Assembly: GCA_012295275.1 (NCBI GenBank)
Contig: CM022670.1
Span: 20,894,001 to 20,958,000 of the forward strand
Length of the DNA stretch: 64,000 nt
Direction: 5' to 3'
Source: Chrysomallon squamiferum
Taxonomy: Eukaryota > Animalia > Mollusca
Part shown: one piece after another, positions 1-41,928 of the stretch
Position numbering within the stretch: the first letter of the stretch is position 1
How the letters are laid out: each line of letters opens with the position of its first letter
Program-made: the position numbers and the translations under genes
Notes under the pieces: generated by a model
What the model was told of the DNA's origin: nothing
Database searches by the model: none
What the model saw: the letters and a program-made list of their open reading frames with translations, nothing else

Positions 1-553
1 TTATTATTATTAAAAACAGTAAACAATTATATGCATCTAAAAAAAAATAAAAATAAATAATTTCTAACGATATGAACTGCAGATTACTACGAAATTATTT
101 ATGGTATCTTAAGAAGCAGTTTATTAGACAATAACAGTATCTTACGTACTGTAAGAATTTATTAGAAAAACGTGATGGATACGTCGCAAGAGATTAAGTA
201 TTAAAACATCTGTGTGCATTGTCTTAAAAGATGGATAATGTACGTATTAAATTTTTAAGTAGTTAAATTGCTGACAACTTTTTATGTTCGTAGCATAAGT
301 TGTGTCTATGCTGGCTGACAATATACGTTTGCTTCCCTTGTTCTTAAACTTGTTTATATTCGTAACGTTTCAGAAGAAAGTTATTCCTAAACTACACAGA
401 CAGATATCGAGTGATGACGAACTCACTTGGTGGATAGGTCTGAGAAGAAATGGAAGAGGAAAATATAATTGGATCTGGGAAGATGGTGACAGTTTTAATT
501 ATAGAATTTTGTAAGTTCACTTACTTTCTGAGGTGGGTTGTGGTTGATGTTTT

Positions 554-601
<48 letters not shown>

Positions 602-1720
602 TTTGTTTGTTTGTTTGTTTCTTTGTTTTTTCTGTGTTTTGGGGATTTTAGGGGGTAGTTTTGGGAGGATTTGGTTGGACATATAGATTAATTTATGCAG
701 TTTAATTTATCTCGTAATTTATTTGTTTAATCCTTTTTATATTTATTGATTAATTTAAATATTTATTTATCTATTTATTTAAAAGTAAAGTAGTAGTAGT
801 AGTATTAGTGTAGTAATATTAATATTAGTAATTATAGTTGTTGTGATGGTAGAAGTAGTCTTTGTGAAATTAGCAGTATCTGTTGTATTAGTTTAGAAGT
901 TTTAATTATGGTAATTTTGGCAGTATTAGTTCCCACAAATTATTGCTTGTAAGAAAAACAAATATATATATATATTACAGTTTATAATATTTTCATTAAT
1001 TGTTTTCCACTTTTTAAAATTAATTTGAAAACTGCCATTAAACTGTGTAGAGAAAAATCTTAATGACTTCTAGGTTTAAGTGAAAAATAATTTTGTTGTG
1101 ATGTATTAATGTTTTACTCAACATGTAGTAGACGAAGTTGGGGACGAGGCGAACCAAACAACAGACATGGTAAAGAAGACTGTGTAGAAGTGAAGTACGA
1201 TGGTAAAATGAATGACAAAAGATGCAGCGAGTTGAGACCATTTATCTGTGAAACACACAAGAGTGAGATTTCATTTGTCAGTCTTCTCCTTTATCTATCT
1301 ATCCGTCCGTCTGTAGGTCTGTCTGTCTGTCTCTAAGTAAGTCTACTTAATTTAGTTCTTATTTTTATTACTACTTTTTTAAAATTATTATTATATTTAT
1401 TTTTTAATGTATTTTGTGGGTGTTTTTGTTCCGTTATTTGTTTGTTTATTTTTCTTTTCTTTTCTTTTTTTTTTTTTTGTTACTTAATGATAATAATCAC
1501 TCATATTTTTTTGCTGTTACACTATTTAATAATCGTACAAGAAATCTAATCGATTATTTTCATATCAGTTTTGGATTTAAATATGCAACAAACAGAAGAA
1601 CCTACACAAAAAATTCATAAAACGTTTATTATTCAATGATTTTAACTAGTAATACTTTTTTCAGGTTTTTCGAGACCTCTTTTAAAACCTACTACTCCAG
1701 GTCTGACTTCAACATCTGCA
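1..1720 (+). repeat. Segmental duplication copy of about 21835-23490
   Basis: Direct alignment of introns and exons by eye: near identity over 1-1280 apart from a diverged patch at about 290-345, and clearly lower identity after about 1280. Confidence 0.95.
374..1262 (+). CDS. Two intact CTL exons (374-510, 1129-1262) of an upstream paralogous gene whose 5' part lies outside the window
   Basis: Near-identical to 22211-22347 (one nt difference, H vs Q) and 23001-23134 (identical by eye); splice sites intact. Confidence 0.8.
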
Positions 1721-1744
1721 ACACACACAGAGAGACACGCACAC

Positions 1745-1795
<51 letters not shown>

Positions 1796-3800
1796 TGGAT
1801 GCCGTTTTTTGTAGTTGTTTTTAAAGGCTGTAAAATATTTATTAAAATATATTTATTTTTAGGTATATCATCACCATCGTCATAGTCATCATCATTATCA
1901 TCATTGTCATCGCTTTTAACATTATTTCTTTTACAATATTAACCTTTAGTTTCCCACGCATTCATTCTTACACGCATGCACTGGCAATGAACATTTATTA
2001 AAATATATTTATATTTAGGTATAATATAATCGTCACTGATATTAACATTATTTATTTTCATAATATTATTTATTTGCATAATACTAACATTTAGTTAACC
2101 ACTCACTCAGTTTAATGTTTCATACAGTACGCAGTTACATGAGATGGGAACCGGGGAAATCAAATAACAGAAAAGAAAAAGATGAAGCACAGAAATTGTT
2201 TAACTTTATATATAATATGTCTGTCTATCTGTATGTGTCTGCACGTATGTATTTCCTATTACCTTTTGCTTGTATTGTTTGATGGCGTTTTTTTGTTGTT
2301 GTTGTTGCTGTTTTGTTGGTGTTTTTGTTGTAGTTTTTTCTTATTATTTAATTATTTATTTCGATTTTTTTTTAAATGTTTTACAATTTTTACCATGTTT
2401 TAATAATGTACTAACTGCCAATGTTATCTAAATATGATTTTCACTACATTTATATATATATTCACTACATACATATATATATATATATATATATCATTTA
2501 ATTATCAATATAAATTTAATCGAGTCGCGAAATCTTTTTATCATGTTACTAAAAATAAGTAAACGTAACTTTCTAAAGCAGTCATTGTCGGTGTTCATAA
2601 TTACATTTCAGAGTGTGAGTCAGGACTATTCCACGGTTTTAAGTGTGAAAAGAAATATTCTGATCGCCCTTAACTGAACAATTCAACCCGTCATATCGAG
2701 CAGGAATTGTGTCTGGAAGACTCTACGCCTGGATGGACGGATCTTGACGCATTATATGCACATGTACAACACAAAGAAAAGCTATTTCCTTGGAGCGAAA
2801 TTACTTTGATATCTGTTCTGAAACAAAATGCATCAATACCAAGAATATATGGTCTGTCTGTTACTTTAGCTACATAATTATATATATGTAAAATACTGGA
2901 AGGAAGGGAAGATATGGAGAGAGGGAGAGAGGGGAAGAGACAGAGGAGCGGGATGGTGTCATTTACAATAATTTTATTTTATAAATACATGATACGGTAT
3001 TTTTAGTTTCAGAGCACAAAGCTAAAGAGATTACAACAGTTGCTGTTTCCGCTATAACGGCTCCATCTTTCTTTTAAACGCTTACATTTTTAATTAATTT
3101 AAGTACATTATCTAACTTGAATTGGATAGCTTCTTTATGCTGGATTATTCTGTCCAAGGATCACAGATTTGTACAAATAGCTAAATAATGGTATTTTTGT
3201 AACAGATTTAAATTTATAAAATACGAATATTGTACTAACATAATTTATGTACAGTTCTATGGTCGTCGTATGTATAAATTATAAGCTATCAGATTATAAA
3301 AGTTAACAAATGAACTTTCACAACGGGCTAATGGAATTCAGTGACTTTTGATAATGACGAAAGAAATTATTAACCCTGTTTGTTGCTGACGATTTCCATA
3401 ACGTTCGTTCATCTGATGAAACTCTCTTTAGTGGATCTAGCGAAAACACTGAAAAATGCATGGGACAGTCTGTCGACAACAACAAGCAATGAAACACAGA
3501 CGTTTACCAACAACAGACAAATGTTATTTGAGGATCTCAGTATGATAAAACAGATTGTCATGAATGACAGAAAATAAAGCGTTTCCTAGGAATGTGGAGC
3601 AGAGATGTTGAACGTAAGGCGTATGAATAACTAACCATAATAACGTCCCAAACCTGAATATTTCAAGCACTGAGTTAGACCTAGAATAATACTTGGAGTC
3701 AGTCTGTCTGAGAAAAATAATAATCCAAAGTCTGTAATACAGGATGTTTCTACTTCTGCTGATTATAAAGATGGATGGACGTGACGTTATTATAGTCAAT
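1665..3800 (+). pseudogene. Decayed downstream exons of the upstream lectin paralog: stalk stub, EGF-like pseudoexon, TM-like pseudoexon, possible cytoplasmic-tail relic
   Basis: 1665: FSRPLLKPTTPGLTSTS, homologous to TSRPPLKTTAPAVTSTP at 23436, runs into (CA)n. 2612-2763: ECESGLFHGFKCEKKYSDRP*LNNSTRHIEQELCLEDSTPGWTD, a laminin/MEGF-type EGF pattern with lost Cys and a stop at 2671. 3013-3103: hydrophobic ITTVAVSAITAPSFF*TLTFLINL. Confidence 0.55.
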
Positions 3801-4280
3801 TATTCTCCGTCAGTTTTGCCAAAAACTTTTTATATCAGAGTTTTCAGATTTTCGAAATTTAACGTTTAGTTTTATCTGCTACATATCCTTTGTAATATAA
3901 ATGTTTCAGTTTAATAAAATGGTTCTGTTTTTCTATGCTTTGTATGTGGCAGCTGGTATTCACATTTATGTTTCAATTTTTGTTTCGTTGTTGTTGATCA
4001 TTATTATTGTTGTTGTTGTTGTTATTGTTATTATTATTGTTGCTGTTGTTTTTGTTGTTTTTGTTGTTGTTATTATTATTATTTTAGGAGGGGCAAGCTT
4101 CTATTTTGTTAGCTTATAATATATTAAAATATGGTATTTGTTTTGTTGGGTTTTTTTATTGTTGTTGTTCTATTTTAAATAGACTCTGCACTGGACATCA
4201 TATGTTTTCCTATTCTGAGAAACCGTGTTCAGTTAAAGTTTTCTGTGATAAGAATACAACACAACAACAATAGTAATAAT

Positions 4281-4342
4281 AATATTACAACCACGACGAC
4301 GAAAGCGATAAGAATATTACAACCACGACGACGAAAGCAATA
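4281..4342. repeat. 32-bp tandem duplication
   Basis: aatattacaaccacgacgacgaaagc at 4281 and 4313. Confidence 0.9.
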
Positions 4343-4455
4343 ACAGCAATAACAAAAACAATATTATTATTATTGCTATATACTACTACTACTACTACTA
4401 CTACTACTGCAACTTCTACTACTACTTCTACTACTACTTCTGCTACTACTACTAC

Positions 4456-4486
<31 letters not shown>

Positions 4487-4940
4487 GATACTACTATCGC
4501 ATGAAGATTAATAATAATGAAATAATATTAAGAACAACAACAACAACAACAACAATTTATTATCATTAACGCGTTGAAACGAGCCTTTAGCAACGCTAAT
4601 TACTAACATTTTGACACCTTCCCCGACGAAAATGAAAACGGTGCTAACGTTTTACGTGGAAAGTAGCTAGACAGTTCAGCGAGACCTAGCAGGAAGCCGA
4701 ACCTAGGAGTCTTCAACGAGTAATTAACCAGCGATATCTGTGATATTCTCTGACACACTGACAACGAACGTAAAGATCGTATAATGAGAACCTCCTACCA
4801 CAAGCACGTAAGAACTTGTTCCATGAAAAACAGTCGTGTACGATCTGCATTTTGTAAGCCAGTGTCGTACGTTTATTTTGTTTGCTTAAGTAATTTAATA
4901 CCATAAATAATTTTAATTAAATAAATTAATTAATTAATTA

Positions 4941-4997
<57 letters not shown>

Positions 4998-5199
4998 GAT
5001 GATGATGATGATGATAGTTAAGATAATAAATTAATTAATTAAAAAGAAGTCAAGCCATAGTTCTTGTTAAAAAATAGTATCGCTAATTCTGTAAAACAAA
5101 AAAACAAAACAAAAACACCCACAAAACACCCCCAAAAATGTAATTTTAAGCATATTTATTTATTTAGTAGTAGTTTTAGTAGTAGTAGTAGTAGTTGTA

Positions 5200-5232
<33 letters not shown>

Positions 5233-6515
5233 ATTGTTGTTGTTGTTGTAGTAGTAGTAACAGTATTTTATTGTTAAATGTATTAATGTAAAAAAAAAAA
5301 AGTTAAATTATTTCTGTTAATAAACTCATGTATATCATTTATTACGTACGTTATTCTGTTCTTTAATATATATGCTAAAGCGATTTATAACTGGTTCATT
5401 ATTTCAGACATTGTTTATTTTCGAAAATCAAATACAATGGTTTGGGATTGTCCATGTAATGAATTATTTATTTGATACATAATATTTAAAGCATTTCCCC
5501 TGCGGTTAGCAAGACAGCTAAACTGAACATTTAAACGTGATAACCAAACAGACAGAAATTCAGAAATGTAGTTTAAATATATTAATGACCGTTGATTAGT
5601 TAACAAACTTAAAATGGATAGATCTTATGATAAGTTTATTAAGTATATGACAAAGAAGGAATGTAATAAATACTTTTTGTATATATCACAAATGGGACAC
5701 TTCTATATGTGCATATAATGCCTGGAGCTCTGCTTATTTACAGTTTTTAAATCTTCTTACGCTTACTCTGTCAGCAGCTAGTTCAGAAATTTGTAAATTT
5801 TTTGTTATTTTTTATTTTTAAAAGAAGGAAAGGAATGAAGAAAAGAAAAAGAAGCCTTTTTTTCCTGAAATAAAACAGATTTAACAACTAACAGCGGCTG
5901 TAGTTGGAACAGTTCGGTGTGTTATTTAATCACACTTATCACAAAACACTAGATACAATGCTCATTACACATATCTCATTAAAATAAACCATTCATTGTT
6001 GAATTCATCCTTAAATCTTTTGCATATTAATTAAAATTGACGTATAAAAGCTTCAAAATAAAGGTTATGATCCATTTTATTATTATATATGTGTATAGAT
6101 ATATATATATATCGTGATAAACAAAGTGCCAGGATAGACTGCGAGAGTATTTTCTTTACGACTGCTACCAGTTTTTAAGCTGCTTATGAAGTAAACACAG
6201 GATGCCTCTCTTCAAATTCGAGTCCTTTCCGCTTCTTCTGAATTGTTCCTCAAGAAGGAAATAAGTCTTAATGACGCTGATCCATTCAACTTCTTTTCTT
6301 AACCGTGTTGTTTATCTTAGCACAAACGATTTCAGTTTTGACTTTACAAAGAGACACCACGCAAGACGTGCGAAGAAGTGGAAGGAGCTAGCAGTAATTG
6401 TTCTAATTTAATGGTAACCTTGGAGACAGACAGAGAGAAAGAGAGAAAGAGGTTGAGAGGGGAGAGAGAGTTAGGGAGGCAGATGAGAGTGTATCGATGT
6501 GTGTGTGTGTGTACG

Positions 6516-6640
<125 letters not shown>

Positions 6641-7119
6641 GCGAAATGTGACTGTGTATGGAGAGAAAATCATAATATTTCGAGTGAGTAGGAGGCTGTG
6701 TTAAACTGTCCATGTTTATGCTTAAGAAAGAGAAAAATCATACTGAGATACAGTTATTTATGTAATGCGAGAAAAATAAAGAAAGAGAGACAGATTATTA
6801 AATTTAACATTAATACTTTCACAAAATCTGTCAATAGATTTTGTTTTCATATATGTATTTTAATTATATATATATATAACTAGAAAAGATAACAGTATTA
6901 AAAATAATAGCCTAGTTATAATATATTTACAACACGAAAACAAAAGAGATCGCAACTCTATACTTTAACATATTCCTTAGAAGTACAAAACAAACAGCTT
7001 GCAATTCTATCCCTAAACTCATTACAATAAAAACGGGGCTTAAACATTAAATTATGTCAGAAAGAGAGACAAAAAAAAAAAAAAAAAAAAGAAGTATCTG
7101 TTAATAATCATTTAGATTA

Positions 7120-7302
7120 TGGCGCACAATCGTGTTTGATAAGCAACTGTGCCACTCCCCCGGTAGTAAACCCTTGGTCACGTGATACCAACACTCGAGT
7201 GCGCCAATTACTGGCAGAAACTTAATACAGGCCGTGGACTGATAGACGGGGAAAAGTTTTAGACTGCGAAAGCAGCAGAACGCTTTAAAACCCACAAAAA
7301 AA
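7120..7302 (+). promoter_or_regulatory. Candidate promoter/5'UTR of the adhesion GPCR
   Basis: Local GC/CpG-rich island just upstream of the ATG, with E-box gtCACGTGat (7179-7184) and CCAAT (7204-7208). Confidence 0.5.
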
Positions 7303-36542
<29,240 letters not shown>

Positions 36543-36588
36543 AATTTGGGATTTTTGCCAATCAGTATTATTATAGTGATCAAGAGTT

Positions 36589-36626
<38 letters not shown>

Positions 36627-37340
36627 ACCTACGTCTGCCAAAGGATATTTTTGAAAAATTATGATACCTCTGTATTTTCAAACGCCGTGAAGGAAAGCTT
36701 GTTGTCTTCCCGCATGTCAAGAATTGGCCATTTCTGTTGTTATCGGGACGTTCACGGTTTTTCGAATGGTATAATGCGTAATGCGTATTTCAATGTATGC
36801 TTAGTTCAAGTGGATTACTGTTTAACTCAGCGGATGTCAAAATTTGGACACTCTCTACTCATTTATGATCCGTGTTTTTATTTTTGTCATGCAACGACTT
36901 TCTAAGTGCTATTGTGAATTGATGAAGTGTATTTCTGGTTTCTGGAACTCATCCAAAAGTTTATAAAGGACCAAACACATCTAGTTCATTTGATCATAAC
37001 TTTAACAACATAACAAATTAATTTAATAGTCATAACTACGTATTAAACGTGTTTATATCCATGACCCTGAATAGAAATAATAACGGAAGGGTTAAAGTTC
37101 CAAATATTTATGTCATTGTTAAAATATATAATATCATTAGTTGTCACATCGTCGCTAAATAATCTTTTCTGGACGGTGAGGGTGATTAGAGCTACTTTAT
37201 TGTTTGTCAAGGTCTATACCTAATAATCTACGTTTTTTAGTTGTCATCTCTCTATGAATATTCACTTTGATCCAAATACCAAATTCAACTTCAGATATTC
37301 TTCTGTATATTTGATTATTACATTTTGCATATATCATTAT

Positions 37341-37495
37341 TTATGGTGTCATCCAACTGGTTAAGGACCAAAGAGAAAATGAGAGAAGGACTGTTGGTTT
37401 TAGATTAGCAGGAAGAGATCTGTTACACTGATCTTCCCACAGACAGGAAAACGCATACTACCAATCATATTAGCACTGGCTAAAATAGAAATCAC
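37341..37495 (+). mobile_element. Degenerate SINE-like interspersed repeat
   Basis: ggttaaggacca..gagagaagg..attagcag..cccacagacagg..catac..gcactggct. The same ordered motifs recur more decayed at about 18160-18240, 38445-38595 and 47405-47545. Resembles an abundant gastropod repeat from memory, not verified. Confidence 0.55.
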
Positions 37496-37833
37496 CAAAG
37501 TACTGAATGTTTTTTTTTAAATATGTTTATTATTATTAACTGTTTTTTATTTATTTTTTATTTGTTTGTTTGTTTTTTGGTTTGTTTTATTTTTTTTTTT
37601 TTTTTTTTTTTTTTTATGCGGCTGATCCTGGAAGCAGGATCATGCAAAGGGCATTATTGTACGCCATATTTTTAATTTTAGATAAATAATGAATGAACTG
37701 AAAACTATAAGACCTAAAAGAGCAAGCATGTAATCAATAATTGAAAAATATACTATAAACAGTTGAAAATGAGTTTATTTAAATATTGGCAATGGCTTAA
37801 AAATAATAACACTGCCATATTTTCTGGTCTGCG

Positions 37834-37873
<40 letters not shown>

Positions 37874-38261
37874 TGCACGCACGCACGCACACAGAGGTTT
37901 GTACATATTCATTAGTATCGTGCTCTTTGTCTTCATCCTCATGCTTTGTACATTTTCCTATCGCACTGTAATTTAATTTCTCACGCACAAACCTAACGAA
38001 TGGTTTAATGTTGGTATGCGAAGAGCATGTCCAGTCGATGACTTAGTCTTTAAGTAGCTTTTTGTAAAAACAAAATAACACGTACTGTTCACTGTAATGT
38101 TTTTACGTATCAACACAGTATTATATGTGTACATATTAACAGACTTCTGTTTCATTCATTATCTTTGATGCAATAAACTGGCTTTGTGGAAAACGTAATT
38201 TCTGTCAAATAATTATAAGACTTGGAAAAGCAAGTCAATAAAAAAGAAAAAGAAATTACAA

Positions 38262-38329
<68 letters not shown>

Positions 38330-38444
38330 ACACTAAAGTGAAGAACAACTACACTTATAGACAGTTTTTTATTATTATTTTAAACTCGTTTGTTTTATTC
38401 ATTTTTTTTTATATAACATATTTTAATATTCTGAATGTGTAATA

Positions 38445-38595
38445 ATGTGATTCACGAGAAGAAATCACTCTTCAAGTCACTTTAATCTATTAGTAACAAT
38501 ACATTTTTGATATACCCCTATTCATAGTCAGAAAAACATATAATTATGCTTTTTAATGGACAAGTTCTCTGGCACTGGTTGAAACAGAAAACAAA
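38445..38595 (+). mobile_element. Degenerate SINE-like fragment
   Basis: gagaagaaatc..attagtaacaa..catagtcag..gcactggttgaaacagaaa, collinear with the 37341 copy. Confidence 0.4.
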
Positions 38596-39716
38596 TGAAT
38601 TCTAGGAAAAGTGCTCTTTCCTAATTTGTAAATTAATGAAAAGATTACTTAAAATAGTCTTCCTGACCAAAAATGCGAATAGTTTTCGCTATGCAGTATC
38701 ATCAGGGAAATGAATAAATATAATTTTCCATCCACGGTTTTTTAGCTAAAGACAAAACGAAAGCATGTGTACGGAGTAGGCTTCAAAGGGGAGTAACCGT
38801 TGTATATGTATGAATGAATGAATTATTTTCCATTATAACACAGCAGATGTTAGTACTTATTCAAGATATAGACAAGTACTGGGTACAAGTATTATTGTTA
38901 TATTTGTGTTATATTTAAAATTGTATATAAATTTATAGAAACAGTCAAAGAGGGCAAAAAATGTTTGTTTTTTTTTTCTTTTAACTGTCAAAATAAATTT
39001 AAATAAATTAGGTCTGTGTACGTTGTTGGTGTTTTATTGTTATTTTGGTTTGTTTTGTTTGTTTATTTTTTCTTTTCTTTTTTCTTTTTTTTTACTTTTT
39101 TTATTTTTTTAATTATTTTTTTTGTTTTTTTAATTGGAATTCCTACGGTTTTGGGGTTTCTTTTTTTTTTTTTTTTTTTTAGATTTTTAATTTATGTTCT
39201 GTTTCTCCATTTCGTGCAAAAGTTTCGTGTTACAATTCACAAAATACAGAGACGTTATCTAATTTGTCTTCTTTTTGTCCGTACGTCTGTAACGAAGTAC
39301 AAGATAAGTTAGTAACAGGTTGAGAATGGCACTTGAAGCAAAGTTGGTCAAAATTGCCACGTCACCAGTCTGTATCACAGTGGTGAAACAACGAACTGAA
39401 AAATAACAAAAATGATAATGAGAGTAACAACGGCCAAAACATCAAACAAATCTAATTAAAAATACAAATAAATATGTAAGCAGACATATCATATATTCCA
39501 GTTTGGATCCACCCGAATTATAACTTAGAAATAAAAAGAGCAAATACGAGTCATTCCCTTAGGTTATAAATTATCAGCTGAGAAAATACAGTCAAAAGCT
39601 CATGATAACTTCAACAAACCACGACTTACATATCAAACACATCTTTCCTAATTGTGATATTTTAAGTATTTTGTAAATACACTATTCTTCTCGCCTTTTT
39701 CATTTCTAATGTTTAA

Positions 39717-39773
<57 letters not shown>

Positions 39774-40070
39774 TCCCAGATACTGCATCGTTTTATTAGA
39801 ATACACACCATCCTAAGGAAAGTTACCATACCTATAGTTGTATATGACGCCATTGCCCACGTTGTATGGCTGACATTTCCCGCATCCTGGCTCTTCACAA
39901 TGGCTGTAATCTGAATGAGTTTACTACTCGCACTTATTGGCGTCACTGAACTCTAAAAATGTAAGATTACCAGTGTTAATTCAAGTGACTTTCGAATGCA
40001 TAACTTTAAACATCAGAGAGAGACAGGGAGACAGCCTGAGAGAAAGAAAAAGAGGGAGTGGGGAGACATG

Positions 40071-40352
40071 CAGGGCCGGATTTCCCATAACAGGTTTTCT
40101 AAGCTACTGTCTAGGGCGGCAGGATGATAGTGGCAGCAGTTTGTGTTACATAAATTTGTATTTTCACATTTGATTTATAAATAAATCATTATGTAAATGT
40201 AAAACCATGTTTTTTCCTTTCAACTAGATCATAAGTTATAACCATTCATATTATATAAACTAAGTGAGAAGGTGAGGGGGACTTGAGCCTTGAGAAGGGG
40301 GCGGTAAAATTTCTTTAGCCTTTGGGTGGCAAGCATTTTAAATCCAACCCTG
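40071..40352. mobile_element. hAT-type MITE (non-autonomous DNA transposon), 282 bp
   Basis: TIRs CAGGGCCGGATTT ... AAATCCAACCCTG (11/13 match); 8-bp TSD gagacatg (40063-40070) and gagatatg (40353-40360); GC-rich subterminal GGGCGGCA-like motifs. Confidence 0.85.
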
Positions 40353-40562
40353 GAGATATGAGATGCTTCATTTATTTATTTTTGTATTTTATGTGAATTT
40401 AAACAAATATTTATTTATTTATTTATTTATTGTTTGTTTGTTTGTTTGTTTGTCTGTTATTTTTTTTTTTTGTTTTTTTGTTTAATTTGTTTGTTTGTTT
40501 AATTGTTTGTTTTCGATAAGTCTTTTTTTGTTTTGATGTTTTTATTCTTTTTTTTTTTTTTT

Positions 40563-40612
<50 letters not shown>

Positions 40613-40810
40613 ATACTCACAATTGCTGTAGTTAATACAACATCGGGAACAAATCTGAACATAATGGTGACACAGCAAATAAAATAACTATCAACAGTTA
40701 AGGTTGAAAACCATCAAAAATGAAATGTATACACAGAGTCAAAAGATAGTTAGGTAGTCTGGTTGTTTGCCGTCCCAAATATAACTGTTTTTTTTTAATT
40801 ATTTTGCATT

Positions 40811-40897
<87 letters not shown>

Positions 40898-41013
40898 ATT
40901 AAATTTCATATCGCATCTGTTTTCTACATGAAACTTCAGAGTGTATGTTGTGAATGTGTTTTAAAACTGAAAGAGACAGTGACTTGTTTCATACAAAAAA
41001 GTATTTAAAAGTT

Positions 41014-41047
<34 letters not shown>

Positions 41048-41860
41048 TATTATACAGTATACTCAGTATGATTTCAGCCAAAAAACAATGTATTTACAAT
41101 AAAGTGTTTATATATTTTTAGCTACAGGACAGGTTTTGGGTCAAAAGTCCACATTTCTAAGTAGCATGTGTACATCAGTTGACAAGTTATAATCTTTAAC
41201 TGACTATAAGAATCAGTAAATGAAATAAAATAAATGAAAATAAATGAAAAAAAAAAAAAAAAAGAATTTAAGAAAAGTAATAATGATAAAAACATTTACT
41301 AATTTAGCCAATACTCATCGAAGACTAGTCATTTCACAAAAGCATACCCTCATATACACACTGTTTACATATCAATTGATGACGTAATAGTTGCAAGTGT
41401 CAAATGTTATTTTGAGCAGAAATCTTATGGACAGAGTTGACTGACATAATTTCGATAATGGAGAAAAGAAGAGGTAACGTCTTTCTTTTTTCTTTTTTAA
41501 TCACTAAACAAATATTTTCAACAATGATCATTATTAATTAATTTGTAAACATATACATATTCATTTAAATTTGGGAAAAAATATTAATTATCATTTCGGG
41601 TTATATTTGTAATAGATGAGAATAAAAATGGAGTATCACTAAATGAAATCTAATAAGCACCTGAGAGAAACAAAATTATTTTAAAATCATGAACGTATAT
41701 TATAAAAATAGGTACAATAAGTTTGGGAAATTCAATTCGAGGAAGCAAGAATAAATAAAATATCTCCCAGCTATGTTTTTCGTGACTATTATAGACATAG
41801 TTTTATATTGTGTAAATAATGTAGTTATATCGCGATCCCACACAACAGATTATTATTAAC

Positions 41861-41928
<68 letters not shown>

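Noticed and set aside
4600-6420. GC-richer blocks at 4600-4900 and 6120-6420 as possible exons or TE fragments
   Set aside because: No motif recognised in the frames I read and no consistent splice signals.
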